Source of the DNA: an uncultured Methanoregulaceae archaeon
GTDB taxonomy: Archaea; Halobacteriota; Methanomicrobia; Methanomicrobiales; Methanospirillaceae
Direction: 5' to 3'
Assembly: GCA_963841015.1 (NCBI GenBank)
Contig: CAWJAX010000003.1
Coordinates: 32,001 to 96,000, forward strand
Length of the DNA: 64,000 nt
The notes below the pieces were generated by a model, which worked only from the letters and a program-made list of their open reading frames with translations, searched no databases and was not told the origin of the DNA. Made by a program: the position numbers and the translations under genes. This document shows positions 30,655 through 41,877 of the stretch, piece after piece. Each line of letters begins with the position of its first letter. Positions within the stretch are counted from its first letter, which is position 1.

Positions 30655-30745
30655 GAAGGAGGGTGCAGTTCCTGTCCCCCCAGTCCGCTGCGTTCAAGAC
30701 CGATGATGGCGCATTCCCTGTTCTGGTAATATCGCATTTTGAGGA
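30655..30745. repeat. dispersed intergenic repeat, segment X copy 2
   Basis: Aligns with 14952-15045. Confidence 0.7.
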
Positions 30746-30841
30746 TATGAAAATGAGAGAGTGTAATTCCTATCATACACTTTCCTGATTACTGGGCATT
30801 TCTCCAAATCAAAAAATCCCCTGAATGAAAAGCCTGCATGA

Positions 30842-32224
30842 ATGCCAAGGCTCATCAACCATCACAAAAAACATTGCTTCACGTATATTCCGATAATCGT
30901 TCTTGCTGCAGTGTTTGCTCTTATAGCTATCCGGCAGGCAGGGAGATATAATCTTAAAATCTGGCAGATCATGCTTGGCGGAGCCATAGCAGTCCTCATA
31001 TCCGGGCAGATTTCCCTTCCCGACGCATTACGTGCTATCAATATCGATGTCATGCTCTTTTTATTTGGTATGTTCATTGTCGGTTCGGCACTTGTGGAAA
31101 GCGGTTACCTGTCCACGCTTTCCCACCGGTTTTTCTCGTATGCCCGCACTCCGGGCGAGATGATTTTTCTCATACTTTTTGGGACAGGATTCCTTTCCGC
31201 CCTCCTGATGAATGATACGCTTGCGATCATCGGGACACCCCTGGTCCTGGGACTTGCGACGAAATTCCGGATCTCTCCAAAACTGATGCTTCTTTCTCTT
31301 GCGATTGCGATTACGACGGGTAGCGTGATGAGTCCTGTCGGCAACCCCCAGAACCTGCTTATTGCACTCAACAGTGGAATGGAAACGCCGTTTGTCACGT
31401 TTGCCCTGTACCTTCTCATCCCTTCACTCATCAGTCTCGGTGCTGCATTTATCCTTCTCCGGTTTTATTTCCGCACAGATTTTTCAACCCGGGTTCTTGA
31501 CCATGATCCAATCCTGCCCGGCGATAATAAAATGTATTTTCCGGTGAAATGTTCGCTTGCAATTATTCTGATCCTTGCTGCCGCAAATATCATCGGATCC
31601 CTGTATGGCGGAAAAATTCTCGTACCCCTCCCTCTGATTGCCTTGTGCGCTGCATTCCCGGTAATCCTGTTCGGTCCAGACAGGATGCGACTGCTGAAAA
31701 ACATTGACTGGTTTACCCTTGTCTTCTTTGCCGCGATGTTTGTACTGATGGAGAGTGTCTGGCAGACCGGATTTTTCCAGTCATTTGTTGACCCGGGCAG
31801 GATTACTTCTGTCGCGATGATTCTTGTGACGAGTGTTGTTACCAGCCAGTTCATCTCCAATGTTCCTTTTGTTGCCCTGTTCCAGCCGATAATTCTGCAG
31901 ACTGGCGGAACAACCGTTCAGCTTATGGCACTTGCGGCGGGGAGCACAATTGCCGGAAACCTGACAATCCTTGGTGCCGCAAGCAATGTAATCATCATCC
32001 AGAACGCAGAAAAGCAGGGTGAAACCCTCACGTTCTTTGAGTTTGCCAGACTGGGTATCCCGCTGACCCTTGTGCAGGCTTGGTGTGTACTGGGTATGGC
32101 TGGAATTTATGCCGTATTAAAAGCCGGAATTCTTTATTTAATGACATGTCCAAACTATGAGTCGAATCCTGAAAGCACCGGGGCAGAAGTTATCTTTGCG
32201 GGAGGTACATTGAAATGTGCATGA
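30842..32224 (+). CDS. ArsB/NhaD (SLC13-like) anion transporter; true stop probably 32120 after a frameshift near 32078
   Basis: LMNDT, SPVGNPQN, ISNVP, STIAGNLTILGAASN; the alternate frame gives ..VYWVWLEFMPY*. Confidence 0.85.
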   Translation: MPRLINHHKKHCFTYIPIIVLAAVFALIAIRQAGRYNLKIWQIMLGGAIAVLISGQISLPDALRAINIDVMLFLFGMFIVGSALVESGYLSTLSHRFFSYARTPGEMIFLILFGTGFLSALLMNDTLAIIGTPLVLGLATKFRISPKLMLLSLAIAITTGSVMSPVGNPQNLLIALNSGMETPFVTFALYLLIPSLISLGAAFILLRFYFRTDFSTRVLDHDPILPGDNKMYFPVKCSLAIILILAAANIIGSLYGGKILVPLPLIALCAAFPVILFGPDRMRLLKNIDWFTLVFFAAMFVLMESVWQTGFFQSFVDPGRITSVAMILVTSVVTSQFISNVPFVALFQPIILQTGGTTVQLMALAAGSTIAGNLTILGAASNVIIIQNAEKQGETLTFFEFARLGIPLTLVQAWCVLGMAGIYAVLKAGILYLMTCPNYESNPESTGAEVIFAGGTLKCA

Positions 32225-32315
32225 ATGCCACGGTGGCTGATCCCTGAATCATTTCCGCGGAACAGACCAGGGATATAAATATCGTGTACAAACTTTACAA
32301 AAAAGGAATGAATGT

Positions 32316-32681
32316 ATGGCAGAATACAATCTTGAACACCCGGATTCACCTGACAGGAAGCGGGAAGAACTGAAGGGAAAAGTCCTGCAGTTAAAGGATC
32401 TCGTCAACTACAATGAGGGTACTGTCGCAAGCAGGATGATCATCTCGCGCAAGGCGGGAAATATCACCATTTTCTCATTTGACGAGAATGAAGGGCTCTC
32501 CGAGCATACAGCACCATTCGATGCAGTGGTCACTATTCTCGACGGAGAGTGTGAGGTGTGGGTATCGGGGCAGACATACCCGATGAAGGAAGGAGACACG
32601 ATCATCTTCCCGGCCAATGTCCCCCACGCCCTTTCCGCAATCACGAAGTTTAAAATGTCACTGACGATGATCAAGGAGTGA
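32316..32681 (+). CDS. cupin domain protein
   Basis: LSEHTAPFDA..G.TIIFPANVPHAL. Confidence 0.88.
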   Translation: MAEYNLEHPDSPDRKREELKGKVLQLKDLVNYNEGTVASRMIISRKAGNITIFSFDENEGLSEHTAPFDAVVTILDGECEVWVSGQTYPMKEGDTIIFPANVPHALSAITKFKMSLTMIKE

Positions 32682-32687
32682 GAAGAA

Positions 32688-32966
32688 GTGGGTGGGGATG
32701 ACAAGGAGGGATACTATTGCTCGATCTGCGGGGGAATTCCCCCCGATAAGATCACGACAAAGCGGATTCTTATCGATGGCAAGGAGACCGGCATTGACCA
32801 CCTGGACTGGATCTTTGACGAAGTAAAAAAGCTCACACTGGCCGATGATGCTGTTATCACTGCAGAGCTGCTTAAAAGAGTAAAAGAGTTCAATTACATA
32901 CCGACGAAAAAAACTGATGTATATGCTGCAGCGCTGCTCGTGGAATACAAGAAACGGCAATTCTAA
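32688..32966 (+). CDS. small CxxC-containing hypothetical protein
   Basis: GYYCSICGG; IDGKETGID; NYIP; within the cupin-copA run. Confidence 0.7.
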   Translation: MGGDDKEGYYCSICGGIPPDKITTKRILIDGKETGIDHLDWIFDEVKKLTLADDAVITAELLKRVKEFNYIPTKKTDVYAAALLVEYKKRQF

Positions 32967-33095
32967 AGGATATTTTTGAATTTCGTGGATTTTCGCTCAA
33001 TAAGAAGTCACTGGAAGCAGCAGGTATCCTGCATTGATATCCTTTTATCTCTGCTGCACCCACGTTCAGCATATATCACGAACGTGGAGTATTCT

Positions 33096-33434
33096 ATGAA
33101 AATCACGGATGTAGCGAAAGTTGTGTCGGGACCAAACCCTCACCATGTGGACGCGCGTAAGATATATGAGTCTCCGCATGCGATGGCAGTCGTGATCACT
33201 CTCAAACCCGGTGAAGCACTAAAAAAGCACATCACACCGGTTGATGTCTTCTTTTATGTCCTGGAAGGATCCGGTGTTGTTGAAATTGGCGATGAGAAAC
33301 AGACAGTGGGAAAAGACATGCTGATCGAAAGTCCGGCAAGGATCCCCCACCGCTGGAGCAACGAGGACACATCGGTGTTTCGTGTTCTTGTAGTAAAGGT
33401 CCCAAAACCCACAGAAGAGACAAAATTGCTCTAA
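33096..33434 (+). CDS. cupin domain protein
   Basis: KKHITPVDVFFYVLEG..SPARIPHRW. Confidence 0.85.
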   Translation: MKITDVAKVVSGPNPHHVDARKIYESPHAMAVVITLKPGEALKKHITPVDVFFYVLEGSGVVEIGDEKQTVGKDMLIESPARIPHRWSNEDTSVFRVLVVKVPKPTEETKLL

Positions 33435-33462
33435 ACCAACAGGAAAAGATCGGGGGAACCTC

Positions 33463-35905
33463 ATGCCTGAACCAGAAAAAAAGAAAGCTGAATTGAAAAT
33501 TTCAGGAATGCACTGCGCAACCTGTGCAATCACTGTCGAAGAGTCCCTTTCAAACATCAGGGATGTCTCGACTGTCAAGGTAAATTTTGGCACCGATACT
33601 GCGCATGTTGAGTTTGATCCCGCAAAAGTCTCCCTGAGTGAAATTGAAAAAGCGGTGAAAGATGCGGGGTATGACATCATAAACCGTGAAGTTGCCCTTA
33701 AAATCGGCGGTATGGTTTGTGCCACCTGCGTTCAGACTATCGAGACTGCGCTTCGGGCACTCCCCGGTGTCATAACCGCAAACGTGAACCTCGGCACTGA
33801 AAAGGCATATGTTACGTTTAATCCCTCGGTTTCCCCTGTCACGGATATGAAAAAAGCGATCGAAGATGCGGGTTACCAGTATCTCGGTATCACAGGTGAG
33901 GTGAGTGAGGAAGCTGAGAAGATTGCACGGGAAAAAGATCTGCACGATAAATTCCTCCGGTTCACTATCGGATTTGCAGTTAGTATCCCGCTAATGCTTG
34001 CCATGTGGGTACCCCTCCCCCTGCCCATGCATACACTCCCGTATGTAATGTTTGTCATTTCGACTCCGGTTTTTTTCTATGTTGCTTATCCCATATTCCG
34101 TGCTGCATCCATGGCTTTACGCAACCGTTCACTCAACATGGACGTCATGTATGCGATGGGCACCGGTGTTGCGTATGCTGCCAGTGTCATGGGTACCTTT
34201 GGCATCATCCTTACCCACGAGTTCATGTTTTATGATACTGCGATCATGCTTGCCTCATTCCTCATGCTCGGGCGCTACCTTGAGGCACGCGCAAAAGGGA
34301 GAACCTCAGAAGCGATCAGGAAACTTGCCGGGCTCCGGGCAAAAACTGCCACCATTATCCGTGATGGTAAGGAAGAGGAAATTCCTGTCGACGATGTAAT
34401 TGTCGGGGATATTATCGTGATAAAACCAGGTAGCAAGGTCCCGGTTGACGGTGAGGTTGTGGCGGGTGAGAGTTATGTGGATGAATCCATGATCACCGGT
34501 GAGCCGATTCCCCCTCTCAAAACTAAAGGAAGCCTGGTGGTTGGCGGGACGATCAATACCAACAGCATCCTTTCAGTAAAGGCTACAAAAGTAGGGAGGG
34601 AAACAGTACTTGCCCAGATCATCCAGCTCGTCGAGGATGCCCAGGGTTCAAAGCCCCCGGTACAGCGGATTGCTGATACCGCGGTAACCTATTTTATTCC
34701 TGCCGTACTTGTTATTGCCTTCACTGCATTTATCGTGTGGTTCTTTGTATTCCCGGTCCCCCCCGACCCGCTTCTCTTTGCCATGACAGACTCTCATATC
34801 CGTGCTGGTAGTCGCGTGCCCCTGTGCGCTGGGTCTCGCAACACCCACAGCCGTTACGGTTGGTCTTGGCCGTGGTGCTGAGCTGGGTATCCTGATTAAA
34901 AATGGCGACGCCCTTGAAGTTGCCGAAAAAATTACGACCGTTGTATTTGATAAGACCGGTACCCTGACAAAAGGAAAGCCGGAAGTCACAGATATCATTC
35001 CAACCGGTATTTCCGAAGAGACACTCCTGGGGCTTGCTGCAAGCGTCGAGAAGAACTCACAACACCCGCTTGCTCAGGCTGTTGTCCGAAAGGCCGGCAG
35101 TAAAGGAATTGCCCTTGAACCGGCCGATCACTTTGACACATTGGGAGGTAAGGGGGTGATTGCTACCGTGCTGGGGGAAACCGTCCTTGTCGGAAACCGT
35201 ATCCTGTTGCAGGAAAACGGAATTGTGATCCCCAGGGAAACGGAGGAACAGATCACAGCCCTTGAACAGGATGGTAAAACGGCAATTCTTATTGCTGCCG
35301 GCACAGCTATGGCGGGGGTGATCGCGATAGCGGATACCCTTAAGGAAACAAGCCGGGAATCTGTACTGGATCTCCAGATGATGGGAGTTCATGTTGTTAT
35401 GATTACCGGCGACAACAAACGTACCGCGGATGCCATAGCCCGCCAGATCGGGATTGAGCGGGTGGTTGCACAAGTGCTCCCGCAGGACAAAGCTGCAGAA
35501 GTAAAAACACTTCAGGAAAAAGGCGAGATCGTGGCATTTGTTGGTGACGGCATCAATGATGCTCCTGCACTCGCGCAGGCAGATGTGGGTATTGCCATCG
35601 GCAGCGGCACTGACGTGGCAATCGAAAGCGCAGATGTGGTCCTGATCAAGGATGACCTGCTTGATTCGGTCGCGGCAATCCAGCTCTCCAGAAAAGTGAT
35701 GGGACGGATCAAAGGGAACATTTTCTGGGCTTTTGCCTATAATGTCGCACTTATCCCGGTCGCGGCAGGGGTGCTCTATCCATCCTTTGGTTTTATGTTC
35801 AGACCGGAACTTGCCGCGCTCGCGATGGCACTCAGTTCAGTGACAGTCGTAAGCCTCTCCCTGTTACTCAAAAAGTATATACCCGACGCAAAGAAAGGGA
35901 GATAA
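33463..35905 (+). CDS. copA: Cu(I)-translocating P1B-type ATPase (frameshift near 34790)
   Basis: Two GMxCATC HMA domains, TGE, CPC, DKTGT, HP, GDGINDAP, YN, MxxSS. Confidence 0.93.
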
Positions 35906-35918
35906 CTGAGGTGAAAGC

Positions 35919-36059
35919 ATGGCGATTGATCCTATCTGCAAAATGACGGTTGATGAAAAAACGGCAAAGTTCACCAGCGAATATAAGGGTAAAAAGTACT
36001 ACTTCTGCGCTCCAGGCTGCAAAAAGAAATTTGATGCCGAACCGCAAAAGTATGCATGA
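35919..36059 (+). CDS. YHS/TRASH domain protein (46 aa, copper chaperone-like)
   Basis: Manual translation MAIDPICKMTVDEKTAKFTSEYKGKKYYFCAPGCKKKFDAEPQKYA*; GAGGTG RBS. Confidence 0.9.
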   Translation: MAIDPICKMTVDEKTAKFTSEYKGKKYYFCAPGCKKKFDAEPQKYA

Positions 36060-36210
36060 GTAAACCGGGCTGGTTTATCCGCGTAATAAGGGATTCAGCC
36101 CCACGAATCCTTTTTTTAGTATTTCCAGAGAATCTTGATGGAGGTACAGGAATCACCATGATCAACCGATAAAAATCTTCCGATGCACCAAATGGGGACA
36201 AGGTGAAAAA

Positions 36211-36812
36211 TTGTCGTTTTTTATCAATCCTGAAATCTACAACGGGGTAATTCTGCCGATCCTGCTATTTCTTACCCGGATATACGATGTAAGCATGGAT
36301 ACGAACCGGGTTTTTTTAAAATGCCAAGGGTGTCTGGAGCCCCGCTCCAATCATCGCATTTATTGAGATTGTGAAATGGCTCCCTGCCATAAAAGTCGTA
36401 ATGAAGGATCTTCCCAATATCGCTAACTTTCTGGCATTTGCCTTCGGGTTTGCAATCGGCACCTATATCGGCCTCGTGATTGAGGAGAAACTCTCAATTG
36501 GAATGGTGATTCTGCGTATTTTAAAGACAGAAGACTCCACTGAAGAGATCGTCTCTTTTATGCAGGCAGATAATTATGGTGTTGCCACTTTGGATGCCAC
36601 GGGTTCGCGGGGAAATGTAAAAATGATTCTATCTCTCGTCAACTGTGTTAATGTTCCCTGTATCACAGCACACCTTCAATCAACAAATTCCCCTGCCTTC
36701 TTCTCTAATTAAGATGTGCGGCATGCGAATGAAGGAGTCTTCCGCCCGAAAAAACCCAATGCTCTCACCGGTCTGTTTCATTCGTTCATACGACCCCGGA
36801 AGAAAAAAATAA
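36211..36812 (+). pseudogene. DUF2179/UPF0316 membrane protein pseudogene
   Basis: N-terminal LFLTRIYDVSMDT in another frame, GFAIGTYIG..EEKL core, in-frame TAA at 36710-36712 before DVRHANEGVF. Confidence 0.75.
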
Positions 36813-36895
36813 CATCTTAATATCCGGCAAATCATGCCTTTTACGAAAGAATTAATAAACAACAAACTAATTATCGAATAAAAGGAGGAAAAAAA

Positions 36896-37384
36896 ATGAT
36901 TTCCAAGACCATGGAACAAGCCCTGAACAAACAGGTTAACCGTGAGTTTTACTCGGCATACCTGTATCTTGCAATGTCTTCGTATTTCGAAACCGTTAAT
37001 ATGAAAGGATTTGCCCACTGGATGAAAATTCAGGCAAAAGAAGAACAGTCTCATGCCTTAAAGATTTACGACTATGTTCTTGCACGAGGGGGAAAAGTAA
37101 ACCTCCTTGATATCGAAGCACCGAAAGCAAAGTGGGCCTCTGCCGGCAAAGTGTTCGAAGAAGTGTATGCCCATGAGCAGAAGGTCACCGCCATGATCAA
37201 CGGGCTTGTTGATCTTGCTATCAAGGAAAAAGATCACGCGAGCTTTGAGATGCTCCAGTGGTTTGTCAAAGAACAGGTTGAGGAAGAGGAGCATGCAAGT
37301 TCAATTCTCGGACAGGTAATGTGCATGGGTGATATTCCCGGCCATCTCTTCTGGCTTGATCACCACTTGGGAAAGAGGGAATAG
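36896..37384 (+). CDS. ftnA: non-heme ferritin
   Basis: EFYSAYLYLAM, EEQSH, HEQKVT, WFVKEQVEEE. Confidence 0.93.
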   Translation: MISKTMEQALNKQVNREFYSAYLYLAMSSYFETVNMKGFAHWMKIQAKEEQSHALKIYDYVLARGGKVNLLDIEAPKAKWASAGKVFEEVYAHEQKVTAMINGLVDLAIKEKDHASFEMLQWFVKEQVEEEEHASSILGQVMCMGDIPGHLFWLDHHLGKRE

Positions 37385-37433
37385 ATACCAATCTTTTTAT
37401 TTTTTTGCATCCTTGATCCCGTAAGGTTACCGC

Positions 37434-38801
37434 ATGCTTTCAGTCCTTGTTATTGATGACCAGAAATCACTGCTTGAGGTTATACGCCCCTTACTTGAAC
37501 GTTTCGGCAACATGAATGTAAAGACAGCAGTATCCGCACAGGAAGCGCTGGATCTCCTGACAAGCAATACATACGATGCGATGGTCGTTGATTACGATCT
37601 GCCGGATATCAACGGAATTGAATTTTTAAAGATGATCCGGGCAAAGGGAAATACGACACCCTTGATCATTTACACTGGTGTTGGCCGGGAATATGCCGCA
37701 ATCGAAGCACTCAATTACGGTGCAGATTTTTTCTTAAAAAAAGGTGATGATGTTCAGGATCAGCTGCTCGATATGGTACACATGATCAGACAGGCAGTTG
37801 ACCGGAGGAATATGGGGAGGGGACCTGGCACTACCCAGAAAATCCTTGCAGATGCGTTCAACTTTTTTAATCAGCCCGCATTTGTGATTGATCGTGAAGG
37901 CATAGTGATCGTATGGAACAAGGGAATGGCAGCAATGACAGGAATCAGAGAGGGAGACATGGTGGGTAAGGGGGATTGGGAATATTCGATTCCTTTTTTT
38001 GGGCACAGATCCCCGATGCTCAGTGATCTTATTTTCCAGGATGATGCTACCCTTCTTGAAAATCATTACACCGTTATTGAAAAGGAAAAGGGGACAATCA
38101 CTGCGTGGACCAATGCGACACCGGAGGAAGGACGCCAGACCGTTTTATGGATGAAGTCGACTGCACTCTACGACAGCAAAGGTATTTTCATCGGTGTAAT
38201 GGGAAGAGTAAGAGATGTTACTGAGGAGATGGGTGCAGAACTTGCACCCCTGCCTAAACAAACCGCAGAGTCTTCAGCCACATCTCTTACTCCCAAGGCC
38301 GGTATGTTTGATAAGCTGCTGGGGAAAGCAAAAACCAACTACCGGAAAGGCATGCGGCTCTCTTTCTGGGAAGGAAAGTATGCTGAGGCGATTCCGTATT
38401 TTGATAAATCGATTGAAATCGATCCCTTGCATGCCAATGTCTGGCACGACCGAGGTGTATGTTACCGGGTGCTGGGAAAAGACGCTGAGGCACTTCGGAA
38501 TTTTGACAGGGCGGTTGAACTCGCACCGGATGATGAGGAGTTCATGTTTTCCCGTGCTGAGATGCTTAAAACGATCGGCATACTGCGACAACGACAGGAT
38601 CTCCTTGAATCAGCAGTTCAGATCCTCAATCGCATAGTTGAGAGGAACCCGAACCATGCAGAAGCATGGAACTGCCTTGGGATCTGTTCCAAGGAACTGG
38701 GAAAAGAACTCTTGTCACGCCAGTATTTTGACAAGTCCCGGGATATAATCAAACAGGGAAAGAACCGGAAAAAAACCCGGTCGTTTGATTTCCTTTCCTA
38801 A
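37434..38801 (+). CDS. response-regulator receiver + PAS + TPR protein
   Basis: VIDD..VVDYDLPDING..FLKKG; WNKGM PAS; AWNCLG TPR repeats. Confidence 0.85.
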   Translation: MLSVLVIDDQKSLLEVIRPLLERFGNMNVKTAVSAQEALDLLTSNTYDAMVVDYDLPDINGIEFLKMIRAKGNTTPLIIYTGVGREYAAIEALNYGADFFLKKGDDVQDQLLDMVHMIRQAVDRRNMGRGPGTTQKILADAFNFFNQPAFVIDREGIVIVWNKGMAAMTGIREGDMVGKGDWEYSIPFFGHRSPMLSDLIFQDDATLLENHYTVIEKEKGTITAWTNATPEEGRQTVLWMKSTALYDSKGIFIGVMGRVRDVTEEMGAELAPLPKQTAESSATSLTPKAGMFDKLLGKAKTNYRKGMRLSFWEGKYAEAIPYFDKSIEIDPLHANVWHDRGVCYRVLGKDAEALRNFDRAVELAPDDEEFMFSRAEMLKTIGILRQRQDLLESAVQILNRIVERNPNHAEAWNCLGICSKELGKELLSRQYFDKSRDIIKQGKNRKKTRSFDFLS

Positions 38802-38864
38802 CTCTCTCAACAATAGATTTTACCTATATACGGCAAATATCCTCTTTTAACTGAGGATGTTACT

Positions 38865-39971
38865 ATGAAAAGTGCTGTCTATTTTGCAAACCTGCGGGCG
38901 TATACCGATCAGGATAGTATAACGAAAAAAATACAGCGGCTCTTTGACCGCGCCGGCTTTTCAGAAATTATTGCACCTCATGATAAAACCGCTATCAAAC
39001 TTCATTTTGGTGAGCGGGGGAATGATGGTTTCATCAGTCCGGTATATGTTCGCGAGATTGTGGACAAAGTAAAAGCATGCGGAAGCATTCCCTTTCTGAC
39101 CGATACCAATACCCTGTATCTCGGGAGTCGTTCGAATGCAGCTGATCATATCACGACTGCCATTCTGCACGGATTTGACTATGCTGTAACCGGTGCACCG
39201 ATTATTATAGCAGACGGGCTTTTTGGTATGAATGTGGCTGAGGTAAAAATTGAAAAAAAACATTTTAATACCGTTTCCATTGCCGGAGATATCATCCTAT
39301 CAGACAGTATGATTGTGATGAGCCATTTCAAGGGTCATATCGTATCAGGATTCGGTGGAGCCATAAAAAATCTGGCTATGGGTTGTGCACCTCCTGCAGG
39401 GAAACGGGCACAACACAATGCACGCCCGTTTACCATAGCCGACAGGTGTTCAGGATGTGGAACATGTGCTGAAGTCTGCCCCAAAGCAGCGATCACGATA
39501 ATAAAAAAGAAATCCTCAATTGACAGGGATACATGTATCGGGTGTTTTGATTGTATGCATGTGTGCCCGGAACATGCTATAGATATTGACTGGGAGACTG
39601 AGATCCCGATATTTATGGAACGGATGGTCGAGTATGCCTATGGGGTGGCACATCTGAAAAAAGGAAAAATCGGGTACATGAACTTCCTCATCCGCATAAC
39701 ACCGGATTGTGACTGTTTCCCGTTCAGCGATACACCAATTGTCCCGGATATCGGCATTCTGGCTTCGAAGGATCCTGTAGCCATCGATGCGGCGAGTTTT
39801 TACCTGGTGAACCGTCAAACAGGGTTTACCGATTCGCTTCTTACCACCCATCATCGTAAAGGAGAGGACAAATTCACCGGTGTACATGCACAGACGGATG
39901 GATACCGCCAGATACGTTATGCTGAAGAGATAGGGATGGGAAGTAGCGCATACGATTTAATTGTCATTTAA
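38865..39971 (+). CDS. DUF362 family Fe-S protein with 2x[4Fe-4S] ferredoxin insert
   Basis: KLHFGE, HFKGH, GGAIKN, CxxCxxCxxxCP x2, PDCDC, DPVAID. Confidence 0.88.
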   Translation: MKSAVYFANLRAYTDQDSITKKIQRLFDRAGFSEIIAPHDKTAIKLHFGERGNDGFISPVYVREIVDKVKACGSIPFLTDTNTLYLGSRSNAADHITTAILHGFDYAVTGAPIIIADGLFGMNVAEVKIEKKHFNTVSIAGDIILSDSMIVMSHFKGHIVSGFGGAIKNLAMGCAPPAGKRAQHNARPFTIADRCSGCGTCAEVCPKAAITIIKKKSSIDRDTCIGCFDCMHVCPEHAIDIDWETEIPIFMERMVEYAYGVAHLKKGKIGYMNFLIRITPDCDCFPFSDTPIVPDIGILASKDPVAIDAASFYLVNRQTGFTDSLLTTHHRKGEDKFTGVHAQTDGYRQIRYAEEIGMGSSAYDLIVI

Positions 39972-40222
39972 TCATCTGGTCATTTTTTTTATAAAATGAT
40001 AATTTTTTAGTTTTTTCCTGACTTTAGATCCATTTTTCCCAGAAAATGTGTGATAATCATGCCTTCATCACGGTTTAAAACAGTAAAGTTTAAATGAGGG
40101 TGGAAAGCAAGCGCTTATTACTGAACGAGTTTTAAATCATTTAGTTTGAGATCGATTTTTCGCTCAAACCTCATCTTCGTTCAGAATCGAAGGTCATCCA
40201 GTTATTCCAATGGAGTGTATTC

Positions 40223-41812
40223 ATGAATCTTAGACAACCAAATGCAAATGAAGCAACCGGGACGGTGAACCGCTCACGGGATGTCGCCCCGTGCTCTGGT
40301 ATCTGTACCCGTTGCCTAGATGGATGCAAAGGCAGCTGCGAGATCTGGTTATCAACGTTCCGGGGAAGGGAGGTTTTATATCCCGGTCCATTTGGCGAAA
40401 TCACTGCAGGAGCCGATAAGAACTACCCGATTGATTATTCTCATCTCAACATTCAGGGATATGCAGTCGGTGCGTGGGGACTTCCTGATGGCGTCGAAGC
40501 TGGTCCGGACACTGCTATCTTCTCTGATGTGAATACCGAGACTGAGTACGGGTGGGACAAAAAAGTCAAGATGCGCCTTCCAATCTTCACCGGTGCTCTC
40601 GGATCAACCGAAATTGCACGGGCTAACTGGGAACACTTTGCGATCGGTGCAGCAATATCCGGTATCACATTAGTCTGTGGTGAAAATGTCTGTGGTATTG
40701 ATCCCGGTCTGAAACGCGATGCCAAAGGTAAAGTTATTGAGTCTCCCGAAATGGACCGCCGAATTAATATTTATAAAAAATTCCACGATGGTTATGGAGA
40801 GATGCTCGTTCAGATGAATGTCGAAGACACCCGGCTTGGAACCGCGGAGTATGTCGCGAGCAAACACAACCTGGATACGATTGAACTTAAGTGGGGCCAG
40901 GGTGCTAAATGCATCGGTGGTGAGATTAAGGTTAAGTCACTCGAGCGAGCGATCGAGCTCAAGAAGCGGGGTTTTATAGTACTGCCGGATCCTACTATCA
41001 AAGAGAACCAGATGGCTTTCAAAGCGGGGGCTATCAAGGAATTCGAACGCCACTCACGGCTCGGCTTTGTTACCAAGGAAGGATTCTTGGAAGAAGTTGA
41101 CCGTCTCCGTGACATTGGTTTCAAGCGAGTCACTTTAAAGACTGGTGCATACTCCATGGTCGAGCTGGCTATGGCAATGCGCTATTGTTCTGAAGCAAAG
41201 ATCGATTTGCTCACCATTGATGGTGCCCCCGGCGGGACAGGAATGAGCCCGTGGCCTATGATGAATGAATGGGGTATCCCCTCCTTCTACCTGCAGTCAC
41301 TCGCCTATGAATTTGCCTGTAAACTGGAAAAGAGAGGATTCCGGGTACCAGATCTGGCTATGGCCGGTGGTTTCTCAGATGAACCCGGCACGTTCAAGGC
41401 ACTCGCGATGGGAAGCCCCTATTTCAAGGCGGTCTGCATGGGCAGAGGACTCATGATCCCCGGAATGGTAGGCAAAAATATTGAGAAGTGGATCAAAGAA
41501 GGCGATCTTCCCAAGACTGTTTCGAAATATGGAAACAATATCGAGGAAATTTTTGTCTGTTATGAGGAGCTTAAGGAGAAATACGGTGCACGCATGAAGG
41601 ATATTCCAATGGGTGCGGTTGGTATCTACACGTACTCCCAGAAGTTCAGGACCGGTCTCCAGCAGATCATGGCGGGCAGCAGAAACTTCCGGCTCTCGAC
41701 AATGAGCCGTGAAGACCTGATGGCACTTACACCAGAAGCAGCAGAAGTATCCGGCATCGACTATGTCATGGGTGCACGGTACGATGAGGCGATGGGTGCC
41801 CTGCTCGATTGA
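40223..41812 (+). CDS. FMN-binding glutamate synthase family protein (stand-alone GltB2-like)
   Basis: ELKWGQGAK, TIDGAPGGTG, MAGG; N-terminal CxxCxxxCxxxC. Confidence 0.85.
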   Translation: MNLRQPNANEATGTVNRSRDVAPCSGICTRCLDGCKGSCEIWLSTFRGREVLYPGPFGEITAGADKNYPIDYSHLNIQGYAVGAWGLPDGVEAGPDTAIFSDVNTETEYGWDKKVKMRLPIFTGALGSTEIARANWEHFAIGAAISGITLVCGENVCGIDPGLKRDAKGKVIESPEMDRRINIYKKFHDGYGEMLVQMNVEDTRLGTAEYVASKHNLDTIELKWGQGAKCIGGEIKVKSLERAIELKKRGFIVLPDPTIKENQMAFKAGAIKEFERHSRLGFVTKEGFLEEVDRLRDIGFKRVTLKTGAYSMVELAMAMRYCSEAKIDLLTIDGAPGGTGMSPWPMMNEWGIPSFYLQSLAYEFACKLEKRGFRVPDLAMAGGFSDEPGTFKALAMGSPYFKAVCMGRGLMIPGMVGKNIEKWIKEGDLPKTVSKYGNNIEEIFVCYEELKEKYGARMKDIPMGAVGIYTYSQKFRTGLQQIMAGSRNFRLSTMSREDLMALTPEAAEVSGIDYVMGARYDEAMGALLD

Positions 41813-41877
41813 ATAAAGTAAACGAATTATTATATTTTTTTTGCACTTGTCCGAAATTCTATAAAAAAATCACTGGT

